This document shows positions 24,269 to 36,237 of a DNA stretch of 64,000 bases, in pieces. The position numbers and the translations under genes were made by a program. The stretch is from Malacoraja senta (Eukaryota). Below the pieces are notes generated by a model. It saw nothing but the letters and a program-made list of their open reading frames with translations. It had not been told where the DNA came from and made no database searches. Location of the stretch: contig CM075993.1 of assembly GCA_038087875.1 (NCBI GenBank), forward strand, positions 11,968,001 through 12,032,000, read 5' to 3'. How positions within the stretch are numbered: position 1 is the first letter of the stretch; each line of letters begins with the position of its first letter.

Positions 24269-24579
24269 TTAGTTTAGTTCAGAGATATAGCACGGAAACA
24301 GGCCCTTTGGCTGACAGAGCCCACGCCGACCAGCGTTCCCCCCATATTAACACTATTCTACACACACTAGGGACAATTCTACATTTATACAAAGCCAATT
24401 AACCTACAAACCTGTACAACTTTGGAGTGTGGGAGGAATCCGAAGATCTCAGAGGAAACCAACACAGGGCACGGGGAGAACGCACAGACTCTGTACCGAC
24501 TAGTACCTGTAGTCATGATCGAACACGGGGCTCTGGCGCTGTAAGGCAGGAAGTCTACCGCTACGTCACAATGCCACCC
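24269..24579 (-). mobile_element. V-SINE (HE1-like)
   Basis: Head, V-domain and tail. Confidence 0.85.
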
Positions 24580-24659
24580 CAGTTCTAGGAACAGACTCAA
24601 GGAGTCATATGACCTAATTCTACTCCTATGTCTTATGGTCTTCTCTACAATGAACTTAC

Positions 24660-24796
24660 CTGTAAACTTCCAAAGTCCAAAATCAATAAGTTTGACGTTG
24701 GATTGTAGAAACCCGTCTGGGGAACCACAAGATAGGACGGTTTAAAATTGATTTGGATATCAAAGGTTTTGCGAGTTTCAATAATGTATGACAGGC
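24660..24796 (-). CDS. VPS13C: VPS13C exon (137 nt): LSYIIETRKTFDIQINFKPSYLVVPQTGFYNPTSNLLILDFGSLQ
   Basis: tag|GC CTG...CAG|gtaagt; LLILDFG motif. Confidence 0.95.
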
Positions 24797-24925
24797 CTAG
24801 GAAAATAATTTTCAGCAAACAGTAATTATTAAAACAGAGAATGGGTGCATTTTGTACTTAAAAATTCAATCACATTAGGGTGTGGTTTAATTTTGTTTAT
24901 ATGTGAATATATTTAGGACATTTAC

Positions 24926-25040
24926 CTGTTGCAGTCTTTTCTTTGAATTCTTCCAATTTTAGCAAAGTAGCTGAAGTTAGCTGTTCAAGATCGAGTCCTC
25001 TGTTCGTCTGAAAAAACTCCACCAAACTGTTTATTGTTCG
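24926..25040 (-). CDS. VPS13C: VPS13C exon (115 nt): RTINSLVEFFQTNRGLDLEQLTSATLLKLEEFKEKTAT(G)
   Basis: cag|CGA...ACA G|gtaaa. Confidence 0.95.
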
Positions 25041-26010
25041 CTGCAAAAAGTGATGAGATTAATCTCAGTAATGTATTAATCTTACATATTAATGTATTCA
25101 TTTATTCATCTTCATGTATTAACCTAAATTGACAGGACTCGCATTGGGCAAAATAAACTAAAAGGTTTAAGGAGGGAGAGGAACCTATAAATGGGATCAG
25201 AGGGGTGATTTTCTCACAGCAGGTAGAGTATGTGGAACAAGCTGCCAGAGGAGGTTATAGGGATGGGTACAATTACAACGTTTAAAAGATATTCCGTCAG
25301 GCAAGTGGACAGGAAATGTTTAAAGGAATATGGCAGGTTAATGAGATTAGCATTAATGGGCATCTTTATGCTGTATAACTAAATATATAAATCTATGAAT
25401 TAAAAACTGAAGGATGAGAAAATGTCATTTGATAAATCGATGCTCACCAGCTGAACTCTGAGCATACTTACTCTTCAATTCTATTGTACTTTGTCATCTA
25501 CTGGGTAAAATATTTATCCTTTAATCATACTCAATTTAGTTTCACGTTTCTAAAGAGACACATATTCGCTAACCTAACAAATTGTCAGGGTTCACCTTGC
25601 CTATGGCATTTAACACTTTAACTTTGTGAAGTTCTCTCCTAATCCTTGCTGAAGGAACAATAGTTTGAAGCCAATCTAATATTGTTTCCAACTCATCTCT
25701 AATAACTGGGATCATTCCCGTTGCTGCTCTCCAGACATCTGTAATGTTGTGTCTTTCAAAATGTGATAATTAAAATAAATATTTTTTCTGGGTATGATGT
25801 TGGAAAAAAATTCAACACCGTGTAATCACATGTACACTGTTCTGTTCATATCTTGTAAAACGTTTTTATTTTAAAAGTTATTTTTCCAATTGGACATAAC
25901 GTCTTTTGTACTGCCAGGTTTCTTCGCACAAGTTATTGCGATGTGGTTAACAACACAACCATAAACGCAATGGAATAGCAAAGGCATGGATAAAAGATTC
26001 TAACAGATAA

Positions 26011-26308
26011 GTTTTAGTTTTTAGTTTTAGTTTTAGAGAAAACTGGCCCTTCGGCCCACCGAGTCCGCGCCGACCAGTGATCCCCACACATTAACACTAT
26101 CCAACACACACTAGGGACAATTTTACACATGCATCAAGCCAATTAACCTACAAACCTGTACGTCTTTGGAGTGTGGGAGGAAACCGAAGATCTCGAGGAA
26201 ATCCCACGCAGGTCACGGGGAGAGCGTACAAACTCCATACAGACAGCACCCGTAGTCAGGGTCGAACCCAAGGTGCTGCAACTCTACCACTGAGTCACAG
26301 TGCTGCCA
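26011..26308 (-). mobile_element. V-SINE (HE1-like)
   Basis: V-domain and (CTAAAA)n tail. Confidence 0.85.
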
Positions 26309-26617
26309 TATGAGTTGCAAACAAGTTGCAATCTTTGTTGTTATCTCAGACCCAGGTAATGGGAGAATCTTGGGTGACGTTAGTATATTTCGGAACAGAA
26401 TTAGTTATCAAGGACACTTGCTTTTTTATTTATTACTGAACCGCAGCGGCACAAAAGGAAATGATTCGGCTCATGAGCTCACATCTGCTCTCCATTATTT
26501 TCCAACAAAGACAGCACTTCAGGCATGTCTATTTTCCTGAAACATTTTACATTGAACGTAAGAAAGACACTTCACCAGAAAAAATTACCCAAAACATGCG
26601 ATAGGATTAACACTTAC

Positions 26618-26810
26618 AGCATCATAAATAAGCTCCACAGGTTGAGACTGAACATTTAACAGCTGATCTGCATTGCTTCCTTCTGGGTTCATCTCAAAGC
26701 AGACATTGAGCAAAGAGGACTCTGTGCCACCAAGGGAAGCCAAGAGAGATGGAACTATACCCTGTTGTTTCAGGCCTGTGACGTACCAGTGATGCAGTCT
26801 GGCCTCCACT
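26618..26810 (-). CDS. VPS13C: VPS13C exon (193 nt): VEARLHHWYVTGLKQQGIVPSLLASLGGTESSLLNVCFEMNPEGSNADQLLNVQSQPVELIYDA
   Basis: cag|A GTG...GCT|gtaagt. Confidence 0.95.
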
Positions 26811-26929
26811 CTGCAAACACAAAAAGGCAATGTAAAAGCTTTTTTTCTGTCAAGCCTGTAACAGCCCGTCCACTCAGAAACTTAACCATTCCCAATTTTG
26901 CTACTCTTCATAAGTTCATAAGTTCTTGG

Positions 26930-27450
26930 AGCAGAGTCTGTTCTCACCTTCTCCATCATGGTCTGGTTTGGCTCAGCCACCAAGCACGACACCTGGAGGC
27001 TGCAGCGAATCGTCCGATCAGCAGAGAAGGTTATTGGCTGCAACCTTCCCTCCATTGATGAACTGTACACTGCAAGGGCCAGGAAGCAAGCGGGCAAGAT
27101 CATCTCTGACCCCTCTCACCCTGGCCACAAACTCTTTGAATCACTTCCCTCTGGAAGGCGACTCCGGACTGTCAAAGCTGCCACAGCCAGACATAAAAAC
27201 AGTTTTTATCCACGAGTAGTTGCTCTACTCAACAGCCAAAAATCTGTAGCCTCCCTTTGATCTGGTATTTTGTTGGTTCACAAGCTTGATCAATGGTGTT
27301 TTATCATTAATGTTTTATTATTATTAATGTTTAATGTTTTCTGAGTCATTCGTAACTGTCACTGTATGTCTTGTTGTTACTTGTGGGCGGAGCACCAAGG
27401 CAAATTCCTTGTATGTGAATACTTGGCCAATAAACTTACTTACTTACCTA
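26930..27450 (+). mobile_element. Rex1/Babar LINE 3' end
   Basis: VWFGS...LQRIVRSAEKVIG..LPSI...DPSHPGH.LFESLPSGRR...NSFYP; AATAAA + (ACTT)n tail. Confidence 0.85.
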
Positions 27451-28935
27451 TTAGGCCATTCGGCCCATCAAATCTACTCTGCCATTCAATCATGGCTGAT
27501 CTATCTTTCCCTCTCAGCCCCATTCTTCTGCCTTTTCCCCATAACCCCTGACACCCGTACTAATCAAGTATCTGTCAATCTCCGCCTTAAAAATATCCAT
27601 TGACAGCCTCCACAGCCATCTGTGGCAATTAATTCCACGGATTACCCACCCTTTAACTAAAGAAATTCCTCCTCATCTCCTTTCTAAAGGGGTGTCCTTT
27701 TATTCTGAGGCTGTGGCCTCTGGTCCTAGACTGGTCAGCAGTCTGATCAGTGCCTTATAAAGCCTCAGCATTACATCCATCCTTCACTCTTCTGGCAACT
27801 AGCCAGGAGACCACAGCAAAAGACCTTTGCTCGCCCTATTCTCACAGCTTGCCCTCGGTCCTTGTCTCTTCAGTCGGGGGAAACAACCTCTCTGCATCGA
27901 GCCAATCAAGCCCTTTAAAGATTTTTTAAGATTCAATAAAGATCTTCACTCATACTAAATGCTGGAGAATACATTCTCGCTTTCTCCATGTGGCAAACCC
28001 ACCATCCCTGGAACCAGTCTCGTGCACTGTGGCCGTTTCTCCTCTATGGCAAGTACATTCCTTCTCAGGCAAGGAAGCAAAAATATTCCAGATGAGGTCT
28101 CACCAAAGCCTGATACAATTGTAATCAGACTTCCTTACTGCTATATTCAAGCTCTCTCGTTATAATGGACCATTTACCCTCCTAATCACCAGCCATACTT
28201 TCATATTGACCTTCAGTGACATGTATACAAGTACATCTAGGGACCTTACAACATTACCCAAATGTTCATCATTCCCCCCGCACTGTGTCTCTTACCATGT
28301 CCATATCTCCCAGAAGCCTCATTATATCCTCCTCTGAACTCTCAATAAAATTACAGCTGAATCATGTGCCCAATTTGTGGTACTGATATTTCAGTAAAGT
28401 TGTTGGAAATCCAAATAACCTTCAATTGAAGTATGACGTGACATCATTTCACCAGTTCAGGAAATAAGGATCCAAATCCTCAATGAAGTAGCAAAGATCT
28501 ACATTAACCAAACGCAGTTTGCTATTGCTACTTCAATAACCATGCAGGCCTGGATAGAGTGGATGTGGAGAGGATGTCAGAGTCTCGGAACAGAGGCCAT
28601 AGCCTCAGAATAAAGGGCCTTTAGATTGGAGATGAGAAGGAATCCGAGGGTGGTGAATCTGTGGAATTCATTGCCACAGAAGGCTGTGGAGGCAAAGTCA
28701 ATGGATATTTTTGCAGTGGGGATTGATAGGTTCTTGATTAGTATGAATGATAGGGTCATGGGGTGAAGGCAGGAGAATGGGGTTGAGATGGAAAGATAGA
28801 TTAGCCATGATTGAATGGCAGGGTAGACTTGATGAGCCGAATGGCCTTATTCTGCTCCAATGACTTACGAACGAACATTCATGCTTAACTTTCTGTCTAT
28901 TCCATCTAAAATGGGGGGAAAATGTAAGCTCTTAC

Positions 28936-29078
28936 TTGAGACCCTGGGCTCCAGGACGTTGGAATACACTCGTACTTAGATCAATGATTTGCACGTTGAC
29001 TATTTCTGGCACATTTGGTTCCTCTCGGATGGTGATGGAGGTAGTGACCAACTTGAAACTCATTACATGTGCAACGTA
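28936..29078 (-). CDS. VPS13C: VPS13C exon (143 nt): YVAHVMSFKLVTTSITIREEPNVPEIVNVQIIDLSTSVFQRPGAQGL(K)
   Basis: cag|TAC...AA|gtaag. Confidence 0.95.
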
Positions 29079-29749
29079 CTGCAAGATAGTCATGACAACA
29101 TGTAAGTACACTTCAAATTCAAAATCACTATTTCCACGAAGAGCAAAGCAATAAAGATCCATAACACAAAAGACAGAAAGCTATCTGACTAAAATACATG
29201 GACCAATTTTAGATAAAGGCTCTCTGCACAACTGTAGATCAAAATGGTGCCAATAAAGTAAACTCCGGCACATCTACCATAAAATGGTCGTGTTTATGCA
29301 TTTTGCACCTGTTGCCAACAATTATTTGTTTTGTTTGTAGGTTAACATTTCTTATTTGTTGATGATAATTAATAGTTTCCAAACCATCGGGTTATCAGCA
29401 ACACTTTGAAGGATCTTTAAAATGGGACTACTGTAGCATGCAGAAATTAGAAAAGATATTCAAAATTAATCCTTGTATCTCTTTTCAATGATTCAATTCA
29501 ATGATTCAACAAATGATACTTTTTTCAATGATTCAAAGATTATCTTTTAAAAAGGTAAAAGCCACCAATCTCAGAATCCATTTAGTTTTAGCTCATTCAC
29601 ATTGTTAAATACAACACACCTCCAAATTCCCCAATAAATAAAACCCAAATATAATGTCAAAATTATGCTATTTGGGAAGATTACAGAAAGAAATCAAGCA
29701 TGAGTTAAAAATTATTTGCCAGCTCTACCTGCAGAACTCTGACCCATAT

Positions 29750-30630
29750 CTCCAAGTAGATAGAGTAGTAAAGAAGGAGGCTAGTATGCTTCATTGTTCA
29801 GGGCATTGATTATGTCAGAAAGTTATGTTGCAGGTTTATGGGACTTTGGTTAGGCCGCATTTGGAGTATTACATGCAGTTCTGGTCGCCCCATTGCAGGA
29901 ATGTTATGGAGGCTTTGGAGAGGGTGCAGACGAGGTTTACTAGAATGATGCCTGGATTCAAGGATATTAGCTGTAAGGAGAGATTGGACAAACTTGAATT
30001 GTTTTCTCTGGAGTGTTGGAGGCTGAGGGGAGACCTTTTAGTTTAGTTTAGTTTAGTTTAGAGATCGAGCGCGGAAACAGGCCCTTCGGCCCACTGGGTC
30101 CGCTCCGACCAGCGATCCCCGCACATTTACACCATCCTACACCCACTAGGGACAATATTTACATTTACCAAGCCAATTAACCTACAAACCTGTACGTCTT
30201 TGGAGTGTGGGAAGAAACCGAAGATCTCGGAAAAAACCCACGCAGGTCACGGGGAGAACGTACAAACTCCGTACAGACAGAACCAGTAGTCGGGATCGAA
30301 CCCGGGTCTCCGGCGCTGCATTCGCAGCAAGGCAGCAACTCTACCACTGCGCCACTGTGACCACCGTGACCTGAGAGAAGTATATAAAATTATGAAAAGC
30401 ATAGATAGGGTGGACACTAAACTTGTCCCCAGGGCGGAAATATCTAACATTAGAGGGCATAGCTATAAAGGAGAGAGAGGTAAAGTTTAATGGAAATGTG
30501 TGGAGCAAACCTTTTGGTTAGACATAAGGCATGGGTTACACTGGGGGCCTGGCATGCATTGCTAGGGGTGGTGGTGGAAGCAGATACTTTATTGGCATTT
30601 AATGTTCCTGTGCTGTACTGTTCTATGTTC
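29750..30630 (+). mobile_element. CR1 LINE fragment split by a V-SINE
   Basis: LVRPHLEYYMQFWSP...LRGDL resumes after the SINE; GACCT on both sides. Confidence 0.8.
30038..30367 (-). mobile_element. V-SINE (HE1-like), young
   Basis: Intact A and B boxes (GGTGGCGCAG-like; GGTTCGATCC) and tail. Confidence 0.9.
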
Positions 30631-31409
30631 CATGTTCATGTTTTAGATTGTTTTTACGAGGAATTGGCTGCAAGTAAAATGTAAAGCCCAATTCTTTCCT
30701 GTTTTTTTAAATTTTCGTTGTTCTCATTTATCACGAAGATGGAATGACTGTTTCTGGTATAGAATTTGCTAAAGAGCTGCTAAATATACTTAAGTAGATT
30801 AGAGAACTAGAGATGTCAGGATTCATTTGAATCAGTTCCACTTTCTACATGAAACAAGAGTCAACTTTGAAGATTCCCTAATGTGTTGCAGATAGCTCAA
30901 TGAATTTTAAACTCTAAGAAACTTATTGTGAACATTATGGGAATTCAAGATATGAATCGATTTTATAAATGTCATTACTTTAACCAAAGTCCCATCAAAG
31001 TTTGTTAGCTTTCCAATAGCACCCAATGATTTAACTAATTAAATAAACTATAGGAAACTGCACACACCAATTAAAAACAATAATTCTAGGCAATTCAATG
31101 AGGAAAAATGCTATTCCCCACATGACAGGAAAAAAAGGCAAATAAATTAGAAACATGGAACAAATTTTGTTGCAAAAATTCAAATTTCGTAGATTGGAAG
31201 TTGCAGGATTCAAAGTACTTTCATTCATCAATTATACAGTTTCAATTTTAAACACCACAGTTTCACATCTCAAAGAGGGAAATACACTCACAGGGCTCAA
31301 GAGTCAGACTCCCCGCAGCCCCTTCTTCTTTCCTGGAAGTGTGAAATCAGGAACTGAGGTCTCTCTTACTCAAAGCTCCCTTGCATAAAATTTCCAGCCA
31401 ACAATTACA

Positions 31410-31851
31410 GTGGCCTTTTATATGCTGAAGAGAAAACTGAAGGGGACTAGCCCCCAAAACAAGCATAAGGTAAAGATGGCTGCAATACAGGCCTGGCAGA
31501 GCATCACCAGAGACGATACCCAGCAACTGGCGATGTCCATGAATCACAGACTTCAAGCAGTCATTGCATGCAAAGGATATACAACAAAATACTAAACATG
31601 ACCACTTTCATTTACATGACATTGCTGTGTCCAAAACATTATGGTGCCCTGAAATGGGGGGACTACTGTATGTATAAACACAGCTGTAATTTCTACATGG
31701 TGAAACCAAAATGTGTAAAAATGGCCTTTATCCAATCTGACAATGTGCACTTTAACCACATGATTTTTTCTATTACAAATCTCAAATTGTGGAGTACAGA
31801 GGGAAATAAATAAATGATGGGTCTTTGTCCCAAACATTATGGATGGAACTG
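31410..31851 (+). mobile_element. Tc1-like DNA transposon, right end
   Basis: Transposase C-terminus (AWQSITR...SMNHRLQAVIACKGYTTKY); end TCCCAAACATTATGGATGGAACTG followed by TA; matching left end at 51334. Confidence 0.85.
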
Positions 31852-31868
31852 TATGTCAAAAGACGCAC

Positions 31869-31963
31869 CTCTTTAGGTAAGATCAAGTTGTGGGAACTCT
31901 CACTGTATCCAATGGCAGTGTACAGCTTAGTCTTTTCTTCAGTCGTCAAGAGATCATTAATAC
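31869..31963 (-). CDS. VPS13C: VPS13C exon (95 nt): INDLLTTEEKTKLYTAIGYSESSHNLILPKE
   Basis: tag|GT ATT...GAG|gtgcgt. Confidence 0.94.
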
Positions 31964-32081
31964 CTAGTTATGGTCAATCAACAACAGATATTAGCAAATC
32001 CCAAGCCAATCTAACAATATTTATCAAAGTTCAAACAAAAAAAACATAGAAAGTAAACATCTGCTTACAAGCAATGGAGTG

Positions 32082-32567
32082 AGTAGTGGCCGTTTGGCTT
32101 GTTTTGTGTGTCATTGATTATGGCACATGAGTTTATATTTTAGACTGCCCGTTATATTGTGGGTGGGATTTATGACGTATTTTAGGATGTGTTTGGAGCT
32201 AAGTTTCTTGTGCAGAAGCTTAGTTTTTAGTTTAGCTTTGGACCGGCATGGGGAAGGTTTACCCTTTGACCCTGCGAAGTGTAACGGAGACACGAGGAGT
32301 TTTCTAACGTTTAATGCAATAAGCTGGAGTTCAATGAAGATTAAAGCGTACGAGTCGGAAGAAGTTTGAATGTACCTTATTGTTTTTCATCAACAATAAA
32401 GAATTTATTAATCAAAGGACTGTGTTTTGAGGATTTATCTGTGAAGATGCTCTGAAGGTCCCCGATGGAGAGCTTGCATGCGTACAGAGACATTCCCCTT
32501 AACCATGTAGTCCATTTAGCGGCTAGAGGGAGTAATCTCTTGAACGATATAAAAATCTGCCGCTACA
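32082..32567 (+). mobile_element. solo LTR
   Basis: 5-bp TSD GAGTG (32077-81, 32568-72); termini AGTAGTGGC...GCCGCTACA; AATAAA at 32395. Confidence 0.7.
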
Positions 32568-32970
32568 GAGTGAAACCCATTATTTGGCCTGGAAGTGTCC
32601 AGAATCGTCAGCGTATTGAAAGCAGGTAACATTGAGTATACAGCAACTTGCAGTTATACAGTAACTACAAAACAATCTCAAAGTTGCCCCTCAGAAAGAA
32701 GTCAGGCACTAATTGGAAGACACAAGGACACATGACATGAAGATAGATGTGAAAAGATTTACTTTGAGGATAGAAAATTGGATAGGTAAGAACTTGAGCA
32801 AATTCCAGGGCTATCCACAAAAGAGCAAAGGATATGGGGGGGAAAAAAGCTAAATCTGAAGAATTATCCCCAGAACACAGTTGAGCCACTAAATGTTCTT
32901 TCGCACATTTTTTCTGGGTTGCACAGGACATGTTGCCAGGAACAAAAGCACAAATGGAATCAGTGCTACA

Positions 32971-33264
32971 GGGGGTCAGTGCACTATGCAGCAGAGGCGT
33001 GGTACCTGGTCAGAATGGCATGCAGCAGAGGCGAATTACCTCGTCAGTATACCATGCAGTAGACAGGTGTGTTACCTGGTCAGTATATTACGCTGCAGAG
33101 AGGTGTGTGACCTGGTCAGTATATGATGCAGCAGAGGTGTGTGTTACTTGGTCAGTACACTACGCTGCAGAGACCTGTGTGTTATCTGGTCAGTATATTA
33201 CGCTGCAGAGACCTGTGTGTTACCTGGTCAGTATATTACGCTACAGAGAGGTGTGTGTTACCTG
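32971..33264. repeat. minisatellite, 8 units of 34-38 bp
   Basis: GTCAG recurs at 32975, 33009, 33043, 33079, 33115, 33151, 33189, 33227. Confidence 0.9.
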
Positions 33265-33645
33265 CTACTTGCAGAGCAGCTGCAATGTGAACCTTGCATG
33301 GAGCTTGCCTCTTAGCTACATCATTCAATCTCTCTATTACAAGCATTCTGTGTGCTCTCTCCAAATCAAAATCTTTCATTATCCAATTTTTATTAGTTAG
33401 TCTAAATAACCTGAACTTTAGCTCCATCTCCACCGTTGCTACTGCTCATTAAAATACTAATTGGTGCACAAGAAATAGAACATTATGTCCATAAACACTT
33501 GTTTTCAGACTTTCTAGCACAACGTCACTGAGGAAGTAGAAACTTGTTTTCAATCTGCGCAGGCGTTACCATCTGTGAAAGGTCACAAAGATCACATTAG
33601 CCAGGTTCACAGTGAAGACAAACACAACGGTAGTGTTTCACTAAC

Positions 33646-33775
33646 TTTCTGGTACAGATTTATCTTCATCTTCATCCTTCTTGGATTCTTTTTTTCCCCA
33701 GAGGCTACTGAACCAGCCTCCACTCTGCTTCTCTTTTCCCTTCTTGCCCAGCATCTTGTGTCCTGATCTGATCAC
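33646..33775 (-). CDS. VPS13C: VPS13C exon (130 nt): VIRSGHKMLGKKGKEKQSGGWFSSLWGKKESKKDEDEDKSVPE
   Basis: cag|GTG...GAA A|gttagt; GGWFS.LWG motif. Confidence 0.93.
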
Positions 33776-34502
33776 CTGAGAGCAAAATAGCACGAATGAG
33801 TTAATGTTGAACTGGTACCTTGTTTAGCAACAGGGTGCATTTCCAGGGAAAAGGCTGCCAAAGCAATTTGTACTAAAAACTGAATGGGGTTAGGAGGGAG
33901 AGATAGATCAGCCATGATTGAATGGCGGAGTAGACTTAATGGGCCGAATGGCCTAATTCTTCTCCTTTCACTTTTGGAATTATTACAGATGCATTACTGA
34001 CAATGTTTCTGTGCTGGTAAACTGGCAACTTCAGCCCTTCCTGTTGCCCATATTGTGTGCAAGTTGGGCAGAAGCTGTACAGCCAAACAAACAGAGAGCA
34101 AGACAGCAGCAATAAAACAGATTGATGAAAAACTAGACTCTGGGCAGTCTATGACACACAGAGCCGGCTTCAACAACAGTCTAGCAGTCTTCAACAACAG
34201 CCCAAACTCACCCAGTCACCAAGGGTGCGGCTGAGGGCATAATATCACAGAGTTGAGCATCCACAGTGCTCCACACATCCACTCACACAAAGAGCCTTCA
34301 CCCAAGCTGCGGGCTGATTCAATGATGGGGAAGCATTAGGTTTCTGCCGCAGCATCGGATGACTTTTAAAAGAACAGGGGATACCCACCTGTGGAACACC
34401 CACCTGAAGGACCAAGTGCTACAATGAAACAGTCTATGGAATAGCACTATGATGGATACCAATGCATAGAGTAGTTTCATTAGGATTCATGTTCAGAATT
34501 AC

Positions 34503-34565
34503 CTCAACATGTGCCTGTTGTCTTGCTAATGTTATGTTGAAAATGTCCAGAGACTTCTCCAGGAC
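34503..34565 (-). CDS. VPS13C: VPS13C exon (63 nt): VLEKSLDIFNITLARQQAHVE
   Basis: cag|GTC...GAG|gtaat. Confidence 0.94.
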
Positions 34566-35419
34566 CTGAAAAGAATTCAACAAATTAATAACTTCTGGAA
34601 AGTAATTAAAAGAATGTCAACTTTTCCACGACTCTTCCTCTGCATCCTACACCTTCCTTCCCATCCCCTTTACAGCTGCCGGCTGTGCAGAAAATGCCCA
34701 ACCCATTTGAAACTTCACTTTTAGTTGCCTTTTCTTTCGTTGCATAGAATGATCGGGCATCAAAATGAGACACACCCAGAACATGCAATATTTCTGGCTG
34801 TAATGGAATATTTAATGTTGAACTTGGATACCATTATGGAATAAAGGAGTACTTTAATAATGCAATGAACTTTACTCAATAAATATCAACATATAGAAGA
34901 GTCATTTTATTGTCAACTTGTTTAAGGTAACATGCTATTGAAATTTCCTGACAATGTGTCACGTAAACATCAAGATATTTAAACTAGAAAAGAGCGAGCA
35001 ACTGAACAGACCTGGAGAGAATAAAGAGTCCAAGATTGTAAATGGGTTTAATCTATTAATTTACTGTGAGTGTTTAAATACGGTGCCAAAACACTGACAA
35101 AAGGCTACCTTGATACTTTACAAAAGCAAGATGGAACATGGCATGTGAGCCACAGTTCAGTCAACTTAAAGACTATTTAGAGTCACAGAGTCATCGTCAT
35201 TGAGTCATACAGCAAGGAAACAGGCCCTTTGCCGTACTCGTCCATGCCGACCAAGATGCCCCATCTAAGCTAGTCTCAACTGCCCACGTTTGGCCCATAT
35301 CCTTTATACTTTAGAGATACAGCACGGAAACAGGCCCTTCAGCCCACCGAGTCCACGCCAACCATCAATCACCCCAATTTGTGATTCCAGCTACCAAGAC
35401 AGATGTGTACAGCAATTCG

Positions 35420-36204
35420 GAGGAGGCGCTGTCCAGAACGGCTGCCTGTCCTGCTGCTGTCCGTTTTTTCCCCTTCTTTTTTTATTATTTTTAGTACGTT
35501 GAGTGTGTAGTCAGGGGGCCTAATATTTTTATGTGTGGGGGGTGGTGGGGGGGAAGGGGGAAACTGCTTTTCGAGTCCCTACCTGGTCGGAGGGGTTGCC
35601 TTCCTCCGAGCAGCGCCTTCGACCTGTCCTTGCGGCCTACCAGCGGGTCCTGGAGCGACGTTTCCCTGAGGGGACCTGGCCAGAACATCGGCTTTGGCGG
35701 CGGCGCAGAACATCGGCTTTGGCGGCGGTGCAGCGCTGGAGCGCTGTCGTGGAGCGGGCGATGCCTTTCCTGGGTCGCCGCGCTGGAACTCCAGTATGCT
35801 GGGACCGCCGATGAGAACATCGTGGAGCCACGGTTCTGTGGAGCGGCCAGCTGCGACGCTGAACGGTACATCCCGGAGCCTGGGATCTCTTGCCGGCGCG
35901 GTCTGTTGGCTTGGAAGCCGCGGTCTTCGGTGGGAATGTGGTCGTTCCTGGTACCCCAAGCCGCTGGGGGTTCTCCCGATGCCGGAGTACTATCACCCGG
36001 CGAGAACATCGGGCGCCGTGGCGGCGACTGTGGAGGCCTCAATGGGCCCGACTCTGGGTGGACAAGAGGATGGGGACTGGACTTTGTGTGTTGGTGTTGA
36101 ACTTCTTTTTAATACTATGTTGTATTTTATTAGTGTGCTGCAAGGACATTTGAATTTCCCCAGAATAAGGGGATTAATAAAGTCTAATTCAATTCAATTC
36201 AATT
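35420..36204 (+). mobile_element. GC-rich non-autonomous retroposon with (AATTC)n tail
   Basis: TSD CAATTCG (35413-19, 36205-11); 3' end AATTTCCCC...GGGATTAATAAAGT plus tandem tail. Confidence 0.7.
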
Positions 36205-36237
36205 CAATTCGTTCTTCCCCCGCACAATTAAAGCATT

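Noticed and set aside
32971..33264. CRISPR-like periodicity and the 156-aa ORF 32930-33400
   Set aside because: Whole units repeat with no unique spacers, there are no cas genes, and the context is a vertebrate intron; the ORF just reads through the minisatellite.
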